Assembly (NCBI GenBank): GCA_039589315.1
Contig: JBDHHQ010000005.1
Coordinates: 69,547 to 133,546 of the forward strand
Direction of reading: 5' to 3'
Source of the DNA: Gemmatimonadota bacterium
GTDB taxonomy: Bacteria > Gemmatimonadota > Gemmatimonadetes > Longimicrobiales > Gaopeijiaceae
Length of the DNA stretch: 64,000 bases
Shown: one piece after another, positions 19,610 to 27,902 of the stretch
How the letters are laid out: every line of letters begins with the position of its first letter
Numbering within the stretch: the first letter of the stretch is position 1
Translations under genes and position numbers: made by a program
Notes under the pieces: generated by a model
What the model was told of the DNA's origin: nothing
What the model saw: only the letters and a program-made list of their open reading frames with translations
Databases searched by the model: none

Positions 19610-20124
19610 GTGGCGTGCTGGCTTCCTATGACTACCTCGACTCGACGATCGAGGCCGTCGAGCAGCTCCGCAAAGCGGACTTCAAGGATATCACGGTCTA
19701 CTCGCCACTGCCGGAGCACGACCTGGAGCAATCCCTGGGCTACGGTCAGAGCCCGGTGCGCATCTTCACGATGGTGGGAGGACTCACCGGTGCTGCCACC
19801 GGCTTCGCGTTCACCACGTGGACCTCCATCGACTGGCCTCTTGTGACAGGCGGCAAGCCCATCGTGTCCATCCCGGCGTACGTGGTGATCGCCTTCGAGC
19901 TGACCGTCCTGTTTGGCGCGCTGGCCACGGTCATCGGCCTCTTCATCAACAGCCGGCTCCCCAATGCCAAGCCGATGGTCGTGTATGATCCCGAGTTCAG
20001 CGCCGGGCGCTTCGGCATCTACGTGCCGGCCGCGGGTGCGAGGCTCGACGAGGCACGGAGCATCCTGCGGGCGGCGGAGCCGGCGGAGCTTCGTGAGGAC
20101 AGGGAGGGGGCGCACCATGGGTAG
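19606..20124 (+). CDS. actD: Alternative complex III subunit D (DUF3341)
   Basis: Motifs YSPLP, DWPLVTGGKP and FELTVLFG; ATGA overlap with actC. Confidence 0.88.
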   Translation: MSGVLASYDYLDSTIEAVEQLRKADFKDITVYSPLPEHDLEQSLGYGQSPVRIFTMVGGLTGAATGFAFTTWTSIDWPLVTGGKPIVSIPAYVVIAFELTVLFGALATVIGLFINSRLPNAKPMVVYDPEFSAGRFGIYVPAAGARLDEARSILRAAEPAELREDREGAHHG

Positions 20125-20773
20125 GGTGAGGCAGCGGCGGAGTGAGAGCTTCGGCGCCCTGCGCGTCCTGGGAGTGGCACTGCTCGTGCTCGCGACGGGG
20201 TGTTCGCCCCTGGACGACGCCCTGGTCGCGATCTTCGGACGCAGCATGCGCAGCCAGCGGTCTTTCGACCCCTATGAAAACCCCCGGATGCCGGCCGACG
20301 GGTCGGTACCCTTCTCGTCCGCCAACTTCCCTGCGGCCCCCTTCGAGTTCAATGTCGGCCAGCCTGAAGCTCTGGCGCAGGAGCCGCCGCCGTTCACGCA
20401 GCTGATGCTCCTCCGACAGAGCCCGACGGTGGTGAACCTACAGAACCCGGTTCCTCCCACCGACCAATCCCTGGGCCGGGGCGAGGTGCTCTTCAACCGG
20501 GTCTGCGCGCCCTGTCACGGCGAGGAGGGCCTGGGGGCCCAGGCGTACATCATCGAAGTACACCCTCTGTTGGCCGCGTATGACCTGGCCGGCGCCACCG
20601 TGGCTGGATACACCGACGGGTACCTCTACGGCATGATCCGGGTCGGCCGGGGGGTCATGCCCGCGTACGGGCACCAGATCAGCCACTTCGACCGATGGCA
20701 CATCGTGAACTACGTCCGGCAGCTCCAGGCTCAGAGTGGAGTCGGTGCACCCGCCGACGCCGCCGGCCAGTAG
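20117..20773 (+). CDS. actE: Alternative complex III monoheme cytochrome c lipoprotein
   Basis: Lipobox LATGC, CAPCH heme motif, MPAYG and DRWHIVNYVR. Confidence 0.85.
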   Translation: MGRVRQRRSESFGALRVLGVALLVLATGCSPLDDALVAIFGRSMRSQRSFDPYENPRMPADGSVPFSSANFPAAPFEFNVGQPEALAQEPPPFTQLMLLRQSPTVVNLQNPVPPTDQSLGRGEVLFNRVCAPCHGEEGLGAQAYIIEVHPLLAAYDLAGATVAGYTDGYLYGMIRVGRGVMPAYGHQISHFDRWHIVNYVRQLQAQSGVGAPADAAGQ

Positions 20774-20789
20774 CGCCAGAGAAAGCGGA

Positions 20790-22112
20790 ATGGCTCACAC
20801 CCACATCCCCGACGAGATCCCGATCCGGTATCTGGCTCGCCCCCGGTGGTGGAACATGCTGGCCGGCGTCCTGTTCCTGGTCGGGGCGGTCTCCTTCGTC
20901 ATGGCGCTGTCCAGCGACGGCAGCCGGGCCTGGCAGGCGTACATCGTCAACTGGCTCTTCTTCACCAAGGTGGCCATGGGGGCGGTGGCGTTCACGGCGG
21001 TGACCTACATCGTCAAGGCCAAGTGGAACTGGTCGGTGCGACGCATCAGCCTCAGCCCCGTGTCGTTCCTGCCGATCTCGTTCCTGCTCTTCCTGCCGCT
21101 TCTCGTGGTCATGCGGGAGAACTACTTCCCGTGGATCGAGGAAATGGCCCACGACCCGATCCTCCAGGCCAAGTCCGCTTGGCTCAACATCCCGTTTCTC
21201 GTCACGCGCAACCTGTTGGGCGTGGCGGTCCTGTTCGGACTCGCCCTCGTCTTCGCCAGAAGGGCGCTGCGGCCGGACATGGGTCTGGCGGAGAGTCACG
21301 AGGGCGGCCACGCCGGCCGTGCGAAGTGGCGGGCCCGCCTGACCAAGGGTTGGAGGGGTCAGGAAGCCGAGGAGGTGGACAGCCACCGGTCTCTGGCCCG
21401 CATCGCGCCGGTGCTGATACTGGCATATGCCCTGGTCATGAGCCTGCTGTCGTTCGACTGGATCATGTCGCTGGATCCCCATTGGTACTCGACGCTATTC
21501 GGCGGCTTCTTCTTCATGGGCGCGTTCTGGGCCGGGATCGCGATCACCGCTCGGCTGTGCGTCTTCCTCAAGTGGCACGATCCCGAGATCGACAGGATGG
21601 TCGGCAGCTCGCAGCTTCACGACCTGGGCAAGCTCGCTTTCGCCTTCACGGTGTTCTGGGGCTACCTGTTCTTCTCCCAGTACCTGCCCATCTGGTACGG
21701 GAAGCTGCCGTGGGAGCAGACGTTCGTCATCGAGCGGGCGGTGGCTCCTTGGGGTAAGCTCTCGGCCCTGTGGATCGTGCTCTGCTTCGTGATACCCTTC
21801 GCGGCCTTGCTCGGGCGGGCCCCGAAGATGCGACCCCTGTGGCTCGGGGCCTTCACCGGCGTGATCCTGGCCGGCCTCTGGCTGGAGATGTACCTGTTCA
21901 TCGCTCCGGCCCACTATCACGGCGGCTCGATCTTCCCCGGCTGGGAGCTGCTCGTGGCGTGCATGTTCGCCGGTCTGTTCCTGCTGGCCCTGGGATGGTT
22001 CTTCTCCACGTTCCCGCTGGTGCAGCTGTGGCAGCCCATGGTGGAGCCGGAGATCATGGGATCGGAGTTCACGGATCGTTCCCGCTCGTCCCGGGTGGTG
22101 GGAGGGGACTGA
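20790..22112 (+). CDS. actF: Alternative complex III membrane subunit F
   Basis: Motifs DWIMSLDPHWYSTLFG and HDLGKLAFAFTVFWGYLFFSQYLPIWY. Confidence 0.9.
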   Translation: MAHTHIPDEIPIRYLARPRWWNMLAGVLFLVGAVSFVMALSSDGSRAWQAYIVNWLFFTKVAMGAVAFTAVTYIVKAKWNWSVRRISLSPVSFLPISFLLFLPLLVVMRENYFPWIEEMAHDPILQAKSAWLNIPFLVTRNLLGVAVLFGLALVFARRALRPDMGLAESHEGGHAGRAKWRARLTKGWRGQEAEEVDSHRSLARIAPVLILAYALVMSLLSFDWIMSLDPHWYSTLFGGFFFMGAFWAGIAITARLCVFLKWHDPEIDRMVGSSQLHDLGKLAFAFTVFWGYLFFSQYLPIWYGKLPWEQTFVIERAVAPWGKLSALWIVLCFVIPFAALLGRAPKMRPLWLGAFTGVILAGLWLEMYLFIAPAHYHGGSIFPGWELLVACMFAGLFLLALGWFFSTFPLVQLWQPMVEPEIMGSEFTDRSRSSRVVGGD

Positions 22113-22131
22113 GCTCGGCGGGTCTCTGGAC

Positions 22132-22165
22132 AAGGGCGGCCGCTCCCCGAAGGGGCGGCCGCTTT
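22132..22165 (+). terminator. Intrinsic terminator between convergent actF and the hisN-like gene
   Basis: GCGGCCGCTCC/GGGGCGGCCGC stem followed by TTT. Confidence 0.6.
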
Positions 22166-22203
22166 GGTTGGTTGGGAGCCCCGTCGGCGGAGCGCGGTAG
22201 TGC

Positions 22204-23010
22204 TCAACCCGCTCCTGCGAGGCTGGTCAGGACCTCGTCATGAAGGGTCCCGTTGGTGGAGACGCCAGATCCTCCGTGCACGGTGGCTCTGCCTGTGACA
22301 TCCGTGAAGCGACCGCCCGCTTCGGTGACGATCGTGAGCAACGGAGCTGCGTCCCAGGGTGAGAGCACGGGATCCACCATCACGTCGGCGCGGCCGGTGG
22401 CGACCAGGGCGTGGCCGTAGCAGTCTCCCCACGTGCGGGCGAGCGCAGCCAGGCCAACCAGCTTGGAGAAGCCGGAGTCGTGCGCCGGGTCCACGGCAAA
22501 CCGCAGATCTGTGGTCAGCACGGCGGCTTCCGCCAAGGTCTCGGTGCCAGACACCCGAGCAGGACGCCCATTCCAGTTGCATCCGAGGCCGCGGGCCGCC
22601 GATACCGTCTCACCGAGCGCCGGGAAATGAGCCACACCCACGGCCGGGGCCTGGTCGATCTCGATGCCGATGAGCACGCCATAGAGCGGCACGCCCCGCA
22701 TGAAGGACCGCGTGCCGTCGATGGGATCTACGATCCAACGGATTCGCGCGCCGGGATTGGACTCCCCGAACTCCTCCCCCAGAATGCCGTGGCCGGGAAA
22801 GCGCTCGGCGATCGTCTTCCGGATCAGCAGCTCCGCCGCGCGGTCCGCCGCGGTAACCGGGGTGCCGTCGCCCTTGCGCTCGGTCGCCAGAATGCCGCCG
22901 AAGTGGTCCAGCGTGAGGTCGCCGGCCGCCCTGGCTGAGGCCTCGGCCGCCTTCAGCAGCTCCTGGAGCTCTCGGGTGTCTGGATTCGGAGGGTTCTCAG
23001 TCTCGTCCAA
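22204..23010 (-). CDS. Inositol monophosphatase family protein (histidinol-phosphate phosphatase HisN-like)
   Basis: Motifs PVTAAD, ILGEE, WIVDPIDGTRSF, RTWGDCYG and PWDAA; TTG start assumed. Confidence 0.85.
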   Translation of the reverse strand: MDETENPPNPDTRELQELLKAAEASARAAGDLTLDHFGGILATERKGDGTPVTAADRAAELLIRKTIAERFPGHGILGEEFGESNPGARIRWIVDPIDGTRSFMRGVPLYGVLIGIEIDQAPAVGVAHFPALGETVSAARGLGCNWNGRPARVSGTETLAEAAVLTTDLRFAVDPAHDSGFSKLVGLAALARTWGDCYGHALVATGRADVMVDPVLSPWDAAPLLTIVTEAGGRFTDVTGRATVHGGSGVSTNGTLHDEVLTSLAGAG

Positions 23011-23015
23011 GTGGC

Positions 23016-24539
23016 CTACGCTTCTTCGTTCACGGCAGTCGACGCTCTGGCGGCGTCGCGCTCGGCCTTGCGCCGATAGAGGTCGTCGTCGGCCGCCCGC
23101 ACCAGGTCCTCCATGCTCTCCATCTCCCCGGGACGGAAGCATGCGAGACCGTAGCTGACGGTCACGTCGGAGGCGGACAGCATCGGGTCCGCCGCCACGC
23201 GCTGGGCGATGCGTTCGGCGTGCAGTCGACCGCCCGCCGACTCCGTGTCGGCAAGGACGGACACGAACTCGTCGCCACCGAATCGGGCCACAAGGTTCAT
23301 CCGCCGAGTCTCCGCCGCAAGGATCGAGGCGAAGGTTCGGAGGGCATCGTCGCCCGCCACGTGACCGTTGGTGTCGTTGAAGCGCTTGAAGTCGTCCAGG
23401 TCCAACAGCAGCAGCGTCAGACTGCGGCCCCGTCGGGCCGCGGCTATCTCCCGCTCGAGGTGGGCCTGAAGGTGCCTCCGGTTCGGCAGGCCCGTCAGGG
23501 GATCGGTCATGGACTGGGCCTGAAGGTCCGAGTGCAGGCGAGCGTTGACGAGCGCCACGGCCGCCTGGCTCGCCAGCCGCTGTGCGACGTGTAGGTCCTC
23601 TTCGGAGAAGCTCTCCGGCTGGGTCCGGCAGACGGTCAGCGCGCCTTCCACGTTTCCGTTCAGGATGAGCGGAATCGCCAGGCTACAGGCCGCCGTGATA
23701 TGGGGGCGCAGCACCTCCGGCATGAGTCGGTTGGTGCGGAGATTCTCCATCACCGCGACACGCCGGGTGTCGATCAGGGCGTCGAGGAAGGTGCCGTCCA
23801 CCGTCCATCGAAGATCCTGCGGGTAGTCCGTCTCGCCCTGGGAGGCCGCGATGCGGGCCTCCCGGCCCTCGATCATGTAGACCGCACCCCCGTCCGCGTC
23901 CAGGAGCTCGCTGGCCGAGGCGATGACCTTGTCGATCACCTCCTGGGCGTCCAGGGAGCTGGTCAGGGCCCGTCCGATCTCCTCGATGCGCTCGGCCTCC
24001 AACCGACGGCGCTCCAGCTCCGAGACGTAGCGGGCGTTCTCGATGGCCACCGCAGCCACATCGGCGATGCCCTGGAGCAGCTCGAGGTCCTCGGGCCGGT
24101 AGGCTCCGGCTTGATAGCTCTGCGTGCTGAGGGAACCGAGCACTCGGCCCTTGTAGCGGAGGGGAGCAGCCATGGCGGATCGCGTGATCTCGCCGTCCTC
24201 CTCCCCCAGAAGCATGAGGGAGTGATCCCGCACGCCGTCGAGGATCAAGGAGCTACGGCCCGAGCGGATGACCGCCGAGTCCGATCCGCGGTAGGAGATC
24301 TCCACCCGACGCTCCCTGCCCCTGTCGGCGTAGAACACGACCGTAGCGAGATCCTGGGCTTGATCGTAGAGCGAGACGTAGAACCCGGATGCCTCCACGA
24401 CGCGGGCGGTCTCCCGGTAGATCGTCCGGTACAGATCCTCCGGGCTCAGCGTCCCGGTGAGGTTCCGACCGATCTCCAGGAGTACGCGATACCTCTCCTC
24501 GAGGCTGCCTCGCGTTGCTCGGGTATCGGGGTTTGCCAT
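23016..24539 (-). CDS. GAF-GAF-GGDEF diguanylate cyclase
   Basis: Two GAF domains, then TDPLTGLPNRR, DLDDFKRFNDTNGHVAGD and RFGGDEF. Confidence 0.9.
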   Translation of the reverse strand: MANPDTRATRGSLEERYRVLLEIGRNLTGTLSPEDLYRTIYRETARVVEASGFYVSLYDQAQDLATVVFYADRGRERRVEISYRGSDSAVIRSGRSSLILDGVRDHSLMLLGEEDGEITRSAMAAPLRYKGRVLGSLSTQSYQAGAYRPEDLELLQGIADVAAVAIENARYVSELERRRLEAERIEEIGRALTSSLDAQEVIDKVIASASELLDADGGAVYMIEGREARIAASQGETDYPQDLRWTVDGTFLDALIDTRRVAVMENLRTNRLMPEVLRPHITAACSLAIPLILNGNVEGALTVCRTQPESFSEEDLHVAQRLASQAAVALVNARLHSDLQAQSMTDPLTGLPNRRHLQAHLEREIAAARRGRSLTLLLLDLDDFKRFNDTNGHVAGDDALRTFASILAAETRRMNLVARFGGDEFVSVLADTESAGGRLHAERIAQRVAADPMLSASDVTVSYGLACFRPGEMESMEDLVRAADDDLYRRKAERDAARASTAVNEEA

Positions 24540-24689
24540 ATGACCTTCGACCCTCTCGCCCTTTCGGGCTGGAGCGTAGGCGTCTGAATCTGCCGACTCC
24601 CCGCGCACCACCTCCGGACCGACGCCGAAAGCTCCGGCCGCGGTCGCGCGCGAAGGGGACCCGGGGCACACCCGGGCCCGTGATGCCCA

Positions 24690-25493
24690 TCACTCGGTGT
24701 TATCGGCGCTTTCGGGCGATTCTTCAACCCGCTCCCGTGGATCGGCCTGCCGGTCCAGGAAGTTGCCGATTTCGAAGCCGATGGCACGAAGGAGGCGAGC
24801 CTCCCGGAGGTCGGGCTGCGCACGGCCGATGACGGTACGGATCGTTCGGAGAATGCTCTCCGGTGCCCGGGCCTTGTAGAAGTCGATGCGATGCAGGCCC
24901 GCCTCCAACGCCGCGTACGTCTCCTCGAGCTCCGCCGCCGTCGCCGGACGGGTGGATCGACGGCTCCGGGGCAGCGCGTCGTCCGCATCCACGGCCTCCT
25001 CCGAGGCCAGAAAGATCTCGTAGAGGACCAGGAGGCAGGCCTGGGCCAGATTGAGGGACGAGAACTCAGGGTCGGTGGGGATGATCGCGACGGCGTGACA
25101 GATGTCGAGCGCCTGGTTGGACAGGCCCCTGTCCTCGCGGCCGAACAGGATGGCCACCGAGCCCTCCCGGGTCTGTTCCACGACCCGCCGGGCGAGGGGT
25201 CGAGGCCGCGCGTAGTTCCGTTGCGCCGTCCGGGCCCGGGCGGACGTGCCAACGACGAAGGTGCAGTCGGCCAGGGCGTCTTCGAGCGCGTCGAAGTGCC
25301 GGGCGCCGTGCAGGATGTTCTCGCTTCGGTGGGCGATACCTTCGATCCGCCAGGGATCGAACTCGGCCGGCCGGACCAGGCGCAGGTGCCTGACGCCCAT
25401 GTTGTTCATGGCCCGAACCACGCCCGCGATGTTCACGACGTCCTGCGGCTCGACCAGAACGACACTTATGTTGTCGAGTAGCGGGCCAGGCAT
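24690..25493 (-). CDS. trmJ: TrmJ/LasT-family SPOUT RNA methyltransferase
   Basis: Motifs VVLVEPQDVVNIAGVVRAMNNMG, FGREDRGLSN and SSLNLAQA. Confidence 0.85.
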   Translation of the reverse strand: MPGPLLDNISVVLVEPQDVVNIAGVVRAMNNMGVRHLRLVRPAEFDPWRIEGIAHRSENILHGARHFDALEDALADCTFVVGTSARARTAQRNYARPRPLARRVVEQTREGSVAILFGREDRGLSNQALDICHAVAIIPTDPEFSSLNLAQACLLVLYEIFLASEEAVDADDALPRSRRSTRPATAAELEETYAALEAGLHRIDFYKARAPESILRTIRTVIGRAQPDLREARLLRAIGFEIGNFLDRQADPRERVEESPESADNTE

Positions 25494-25509
25494 GGCCAAG
25501 CCGTTGGGC

Positions 25510-25707
25510 TCACCGATCCCTGTGGTCTTCTCCCGGGGGGAGGGAAGCATCCTCGTCTCCGTCCCGCTCTGAGCCCTTGAAGGACGTCTTGAAGTTCCGG
25601 AGTCCCTCGCCCAGACCCCGGGCGATGAGAGGGATGCGCTTCGCGCCGAAGAGAAGGAGCAACACCGCGAGCACGAACGCGATCTCGGCGACACCGAAAG
25701 ATCCCAT
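25510..25707 (-). CDS. tatA: Twin-arginine translocase subunit TatA/E
   Basis: LLLLFGAKRIPLIARGLGEGLRNFK; GGAGGA RBS. Confidence 0.9.
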   Translation of the reverse strand: MGSFGVAEIAFVLAVLLLLFGAKRIPLIARGLGEGLRNFKTSFKGSERDGDEDASLPPGEDHRDR

Positions 25708-25799
25708 GGGTCAATCCTCCGACGGAGGGGACTCGCTCGGCCGCGCAATGGCGGCGGCACGGCCCGGATTCGTTGTCAAGCGGCTTGTCATGTGCGCCA

Positions 25800-26969
25800 T
25801 CACCTCAGCAACAGCTTCGCGATGGTCTGGAGCTGCATGTTGGTGGTGCCCTCGTAGATCGTGCCGATCTTGGCGTCCCGGTAGAGCTTCTCCACCGGGT
25901 ACTCCCTGGTGAACCCGTAGCCGCCGTGAAGATCGATGCACATGGACGCCACCCGCTGAGCGACCTGTGACGAGAACAGCTTGGCCATGGCTGCCTGGCC
26001 GAGGAACGGCTTTCCGGCGTCCTTGAGACGTGCAGCGTTGTAGACCAGCAGACGCGCCGCCTCGATGTCGGTGGCCATCTCGGCGAGCTGGAATTGCACG
26101 CCCTGGAACTGGGCGATGGCGCGGCCGAACTGCTCCCGCTCCTGCACGTATTTCACCGTGTGATCGAGCGCACCCTGGGCCAGTCCCACCATCTGGGCAC
26201 CGATGCCGATACGTCCCTCGTTCAGCGTCTCGATGGCGACCTTGTACCCCGTGCCCACCTCGCCCAGCACGTTCGCGGAGGGCACGCGAACGCCTTCCAG
26301 AATGAGCTCGGTCGTGGAGGACGCCCGAATGCCGAGCTTGTCTTCCTTCTTGCCGACGCTGAAGCCGTCGGTGTCACGGTCGACGAGGAAGGCCGTAATG
26401 CCCTTGTACCCGCTTTCCGGATCGATCGTGGCGAAGACGATGTAGACTCCCGCCTCGTCGCCGTTCGTGATCCACAGCTTCTGCCCGTCGAGGATCCAAT
26501 CGTCGGCGTCCGGTCGTGCGCGGCAACTCAACGCGAAGGCGTCCGAGCCGCTGCCCGCCTCGGACAGGGCGTAGGCACCCACCAGATCGCTCGCCAGACG
26601 CGGGTAGTATCGCTGCTTCTGCTCCTCGGTCGCCCAACGGACCAGCGCGTTGATGACCAGGGTGTTCTGCACGTCCACGAAGACGCCCACGGCCGGATCG
26701 ACCCGGGAGAGCTCCTCCACGACCAGGACCGAGGTGAAGAAGGAGGTGCCCGTACCTCCCATGGCCTCCGGGATCTCGATGGCCATCAGACCGAGCTCGA
26801 AGAGTTGAGGGATGAGCTCCGGGTCCAGCTTCCCCTCCTCGTCCATGCGGTGGGCCAGTGGTGCCAACTCCGACTCGGCGAAGTCTCGAACGGCGTCCCG
26901 AAACATCTGCTCGTCTTCGGACAACTGTGTCAGGGCCGGATGACCCGTCTCCGTAAGGAGTCCAGACAT
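25800..26969 (-). CDS. Acyl-CoA dehydrogenase (short/branched-chain type)
   Basis: Motifs YALSEAGSGSDA, GQKLWITN, LNEGRIGIGAQ and YRDAKIGTIYEGT. Confidence 0.93.
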   Translation of the reverse strand: MSGLLTETGHPALTQLSEDEQMFRDAVRDFAESELAPLAHRMDEEGKLDPELIPQLFELGLMAIEIPEAMGGTGTSFFTSVLVVEELSRVDPAVGVFVDVQNTLVINALVRWATEEQKQRYYPRLASDLVGAYALSEAGSGSDAFALSCRARPDADDWILDGQKLWITNGDEAGVYIVFATIDPESGYKGITAFLVDRDTDGFSVGKKEDKLGIRASSTTELILEGVRVPSANVLGEVGTGYKVAIETLNEGRIGIGAQMVGLAQGALDHTVKYVQEREQFGRAIAQFQGVQFQLAEMATDIEAARLLVYNAARLKDAGKPFLGQAAMAKLFSSQVAQRVASMCIDLHGGYGFTREYPVEKLYRDAKIGTIYEGTTNMQLQTIAKLLLR

Positions 26970-27173
26970 GAACGATCTCCGTTGATCGGTCGCAGAGGAG
27001 CGAGTCGGGGTCCGGACCCGCCTCCACCCTCTGTCATCAGTTACCTGGAAGGGATGTATCATAACTCACTGCCGGAAGGGCCAAAAGCACATCACCATCC
27101 CACTCGGACCCAGTGGACCGGCCGCGGATTCGGCCACTCCGACCGCACACCCGCGAGCAGGGGCGTCGTGAAC

Positions 27174-27202
27174 TTGACGCTCCCCGACTGCGTCCTTAAT
27201 TG
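27174..27202 (+). promoter_or_regulatory. Putative promoter of gcvH
   Basis: TTGACG followed 16-17 nt later by the AT-rich TTAATTG. Confidence 0.35.
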
Positions 27203-27259
27203 TCACCGGCCGCGATGGCCCGAGCACTCCGCAGGGGCTCAAGGAAGCCTGGAGGAAGC

Positions 27260-27655
27260 ATGTCCGAGATACCCGATGGACTCTACTACAGCGAAGAGCA
27301 CGAGTACCTCAAGCCCACCAACCAAGAAGGCGTATACCAGGTGGGGATCACCGACTATGCGCAGGGCGAGCTGGGCGACGTGGTGTTCGTCGAGCTGCCC
27401 GAGGTGGGCGAGTCCTACGATCACGGTGACACGTTCGGGACGATCGAGGCCGTGAAGGCCGTGAGCGACCTATACAGCCCGGCCCGCGGGGAGGTCGTGG
27501 AGGTGAACGCCGAGCTGGAGGACGATCCGTCCCTCGTGAATTCCGAGCCGTACGAGGCGGGCTGGATGATCAAGCTGCGCATCGCCGATGCCGCCGCCCT
27601 GAACGAGTTGCTGGACCCGGCCGGATACCGCACCCACATCGGCGAGGAGGGGTAA
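27260..27655 (+). CDS. gcvH: Glycine cleavage system H protein
   Basis: Motifs YYSEEHEY, GITDYAQGELGDVVFVELP and the lipoyl-lysine IEAVKAVSDLYSP. Confidence 0.96.
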   Translation: MSEIPDGLYYSEEHEYLKPTNQEGVYQVGITDYAQGELGDVVFVELPEVGESYDHGDTFGTIEAVKAVSDLYSPARGEVVEVNAELEDDPSLVNSEPYEAGWMIKLRIADAAALNELLDPAGYRTHIGEEG

Positions 27656-27902
27656 GGCAACACAGCGGCAGGCGCCGGAACGACACCCGCACAGCGGGGT
27701 TTCTTTCCCGCTGAGACGAGCGTGTGCTCCAAGAGACAGATCAGTTCGGGTCGGGCGGACGCTGCGCCGCCCACACCGGCGGATTCGGTCGGCGAGGCCG
27801 GAACGTGCCACCGGCGCGGCTCCCGCCCTCGCCGTCTGTTCGTGAGGGTTGCGGAGAGCAGGATCCCGCGCCTTCGAGCCCCTGAAGAGGCGAGCGCTTC
27901 CC

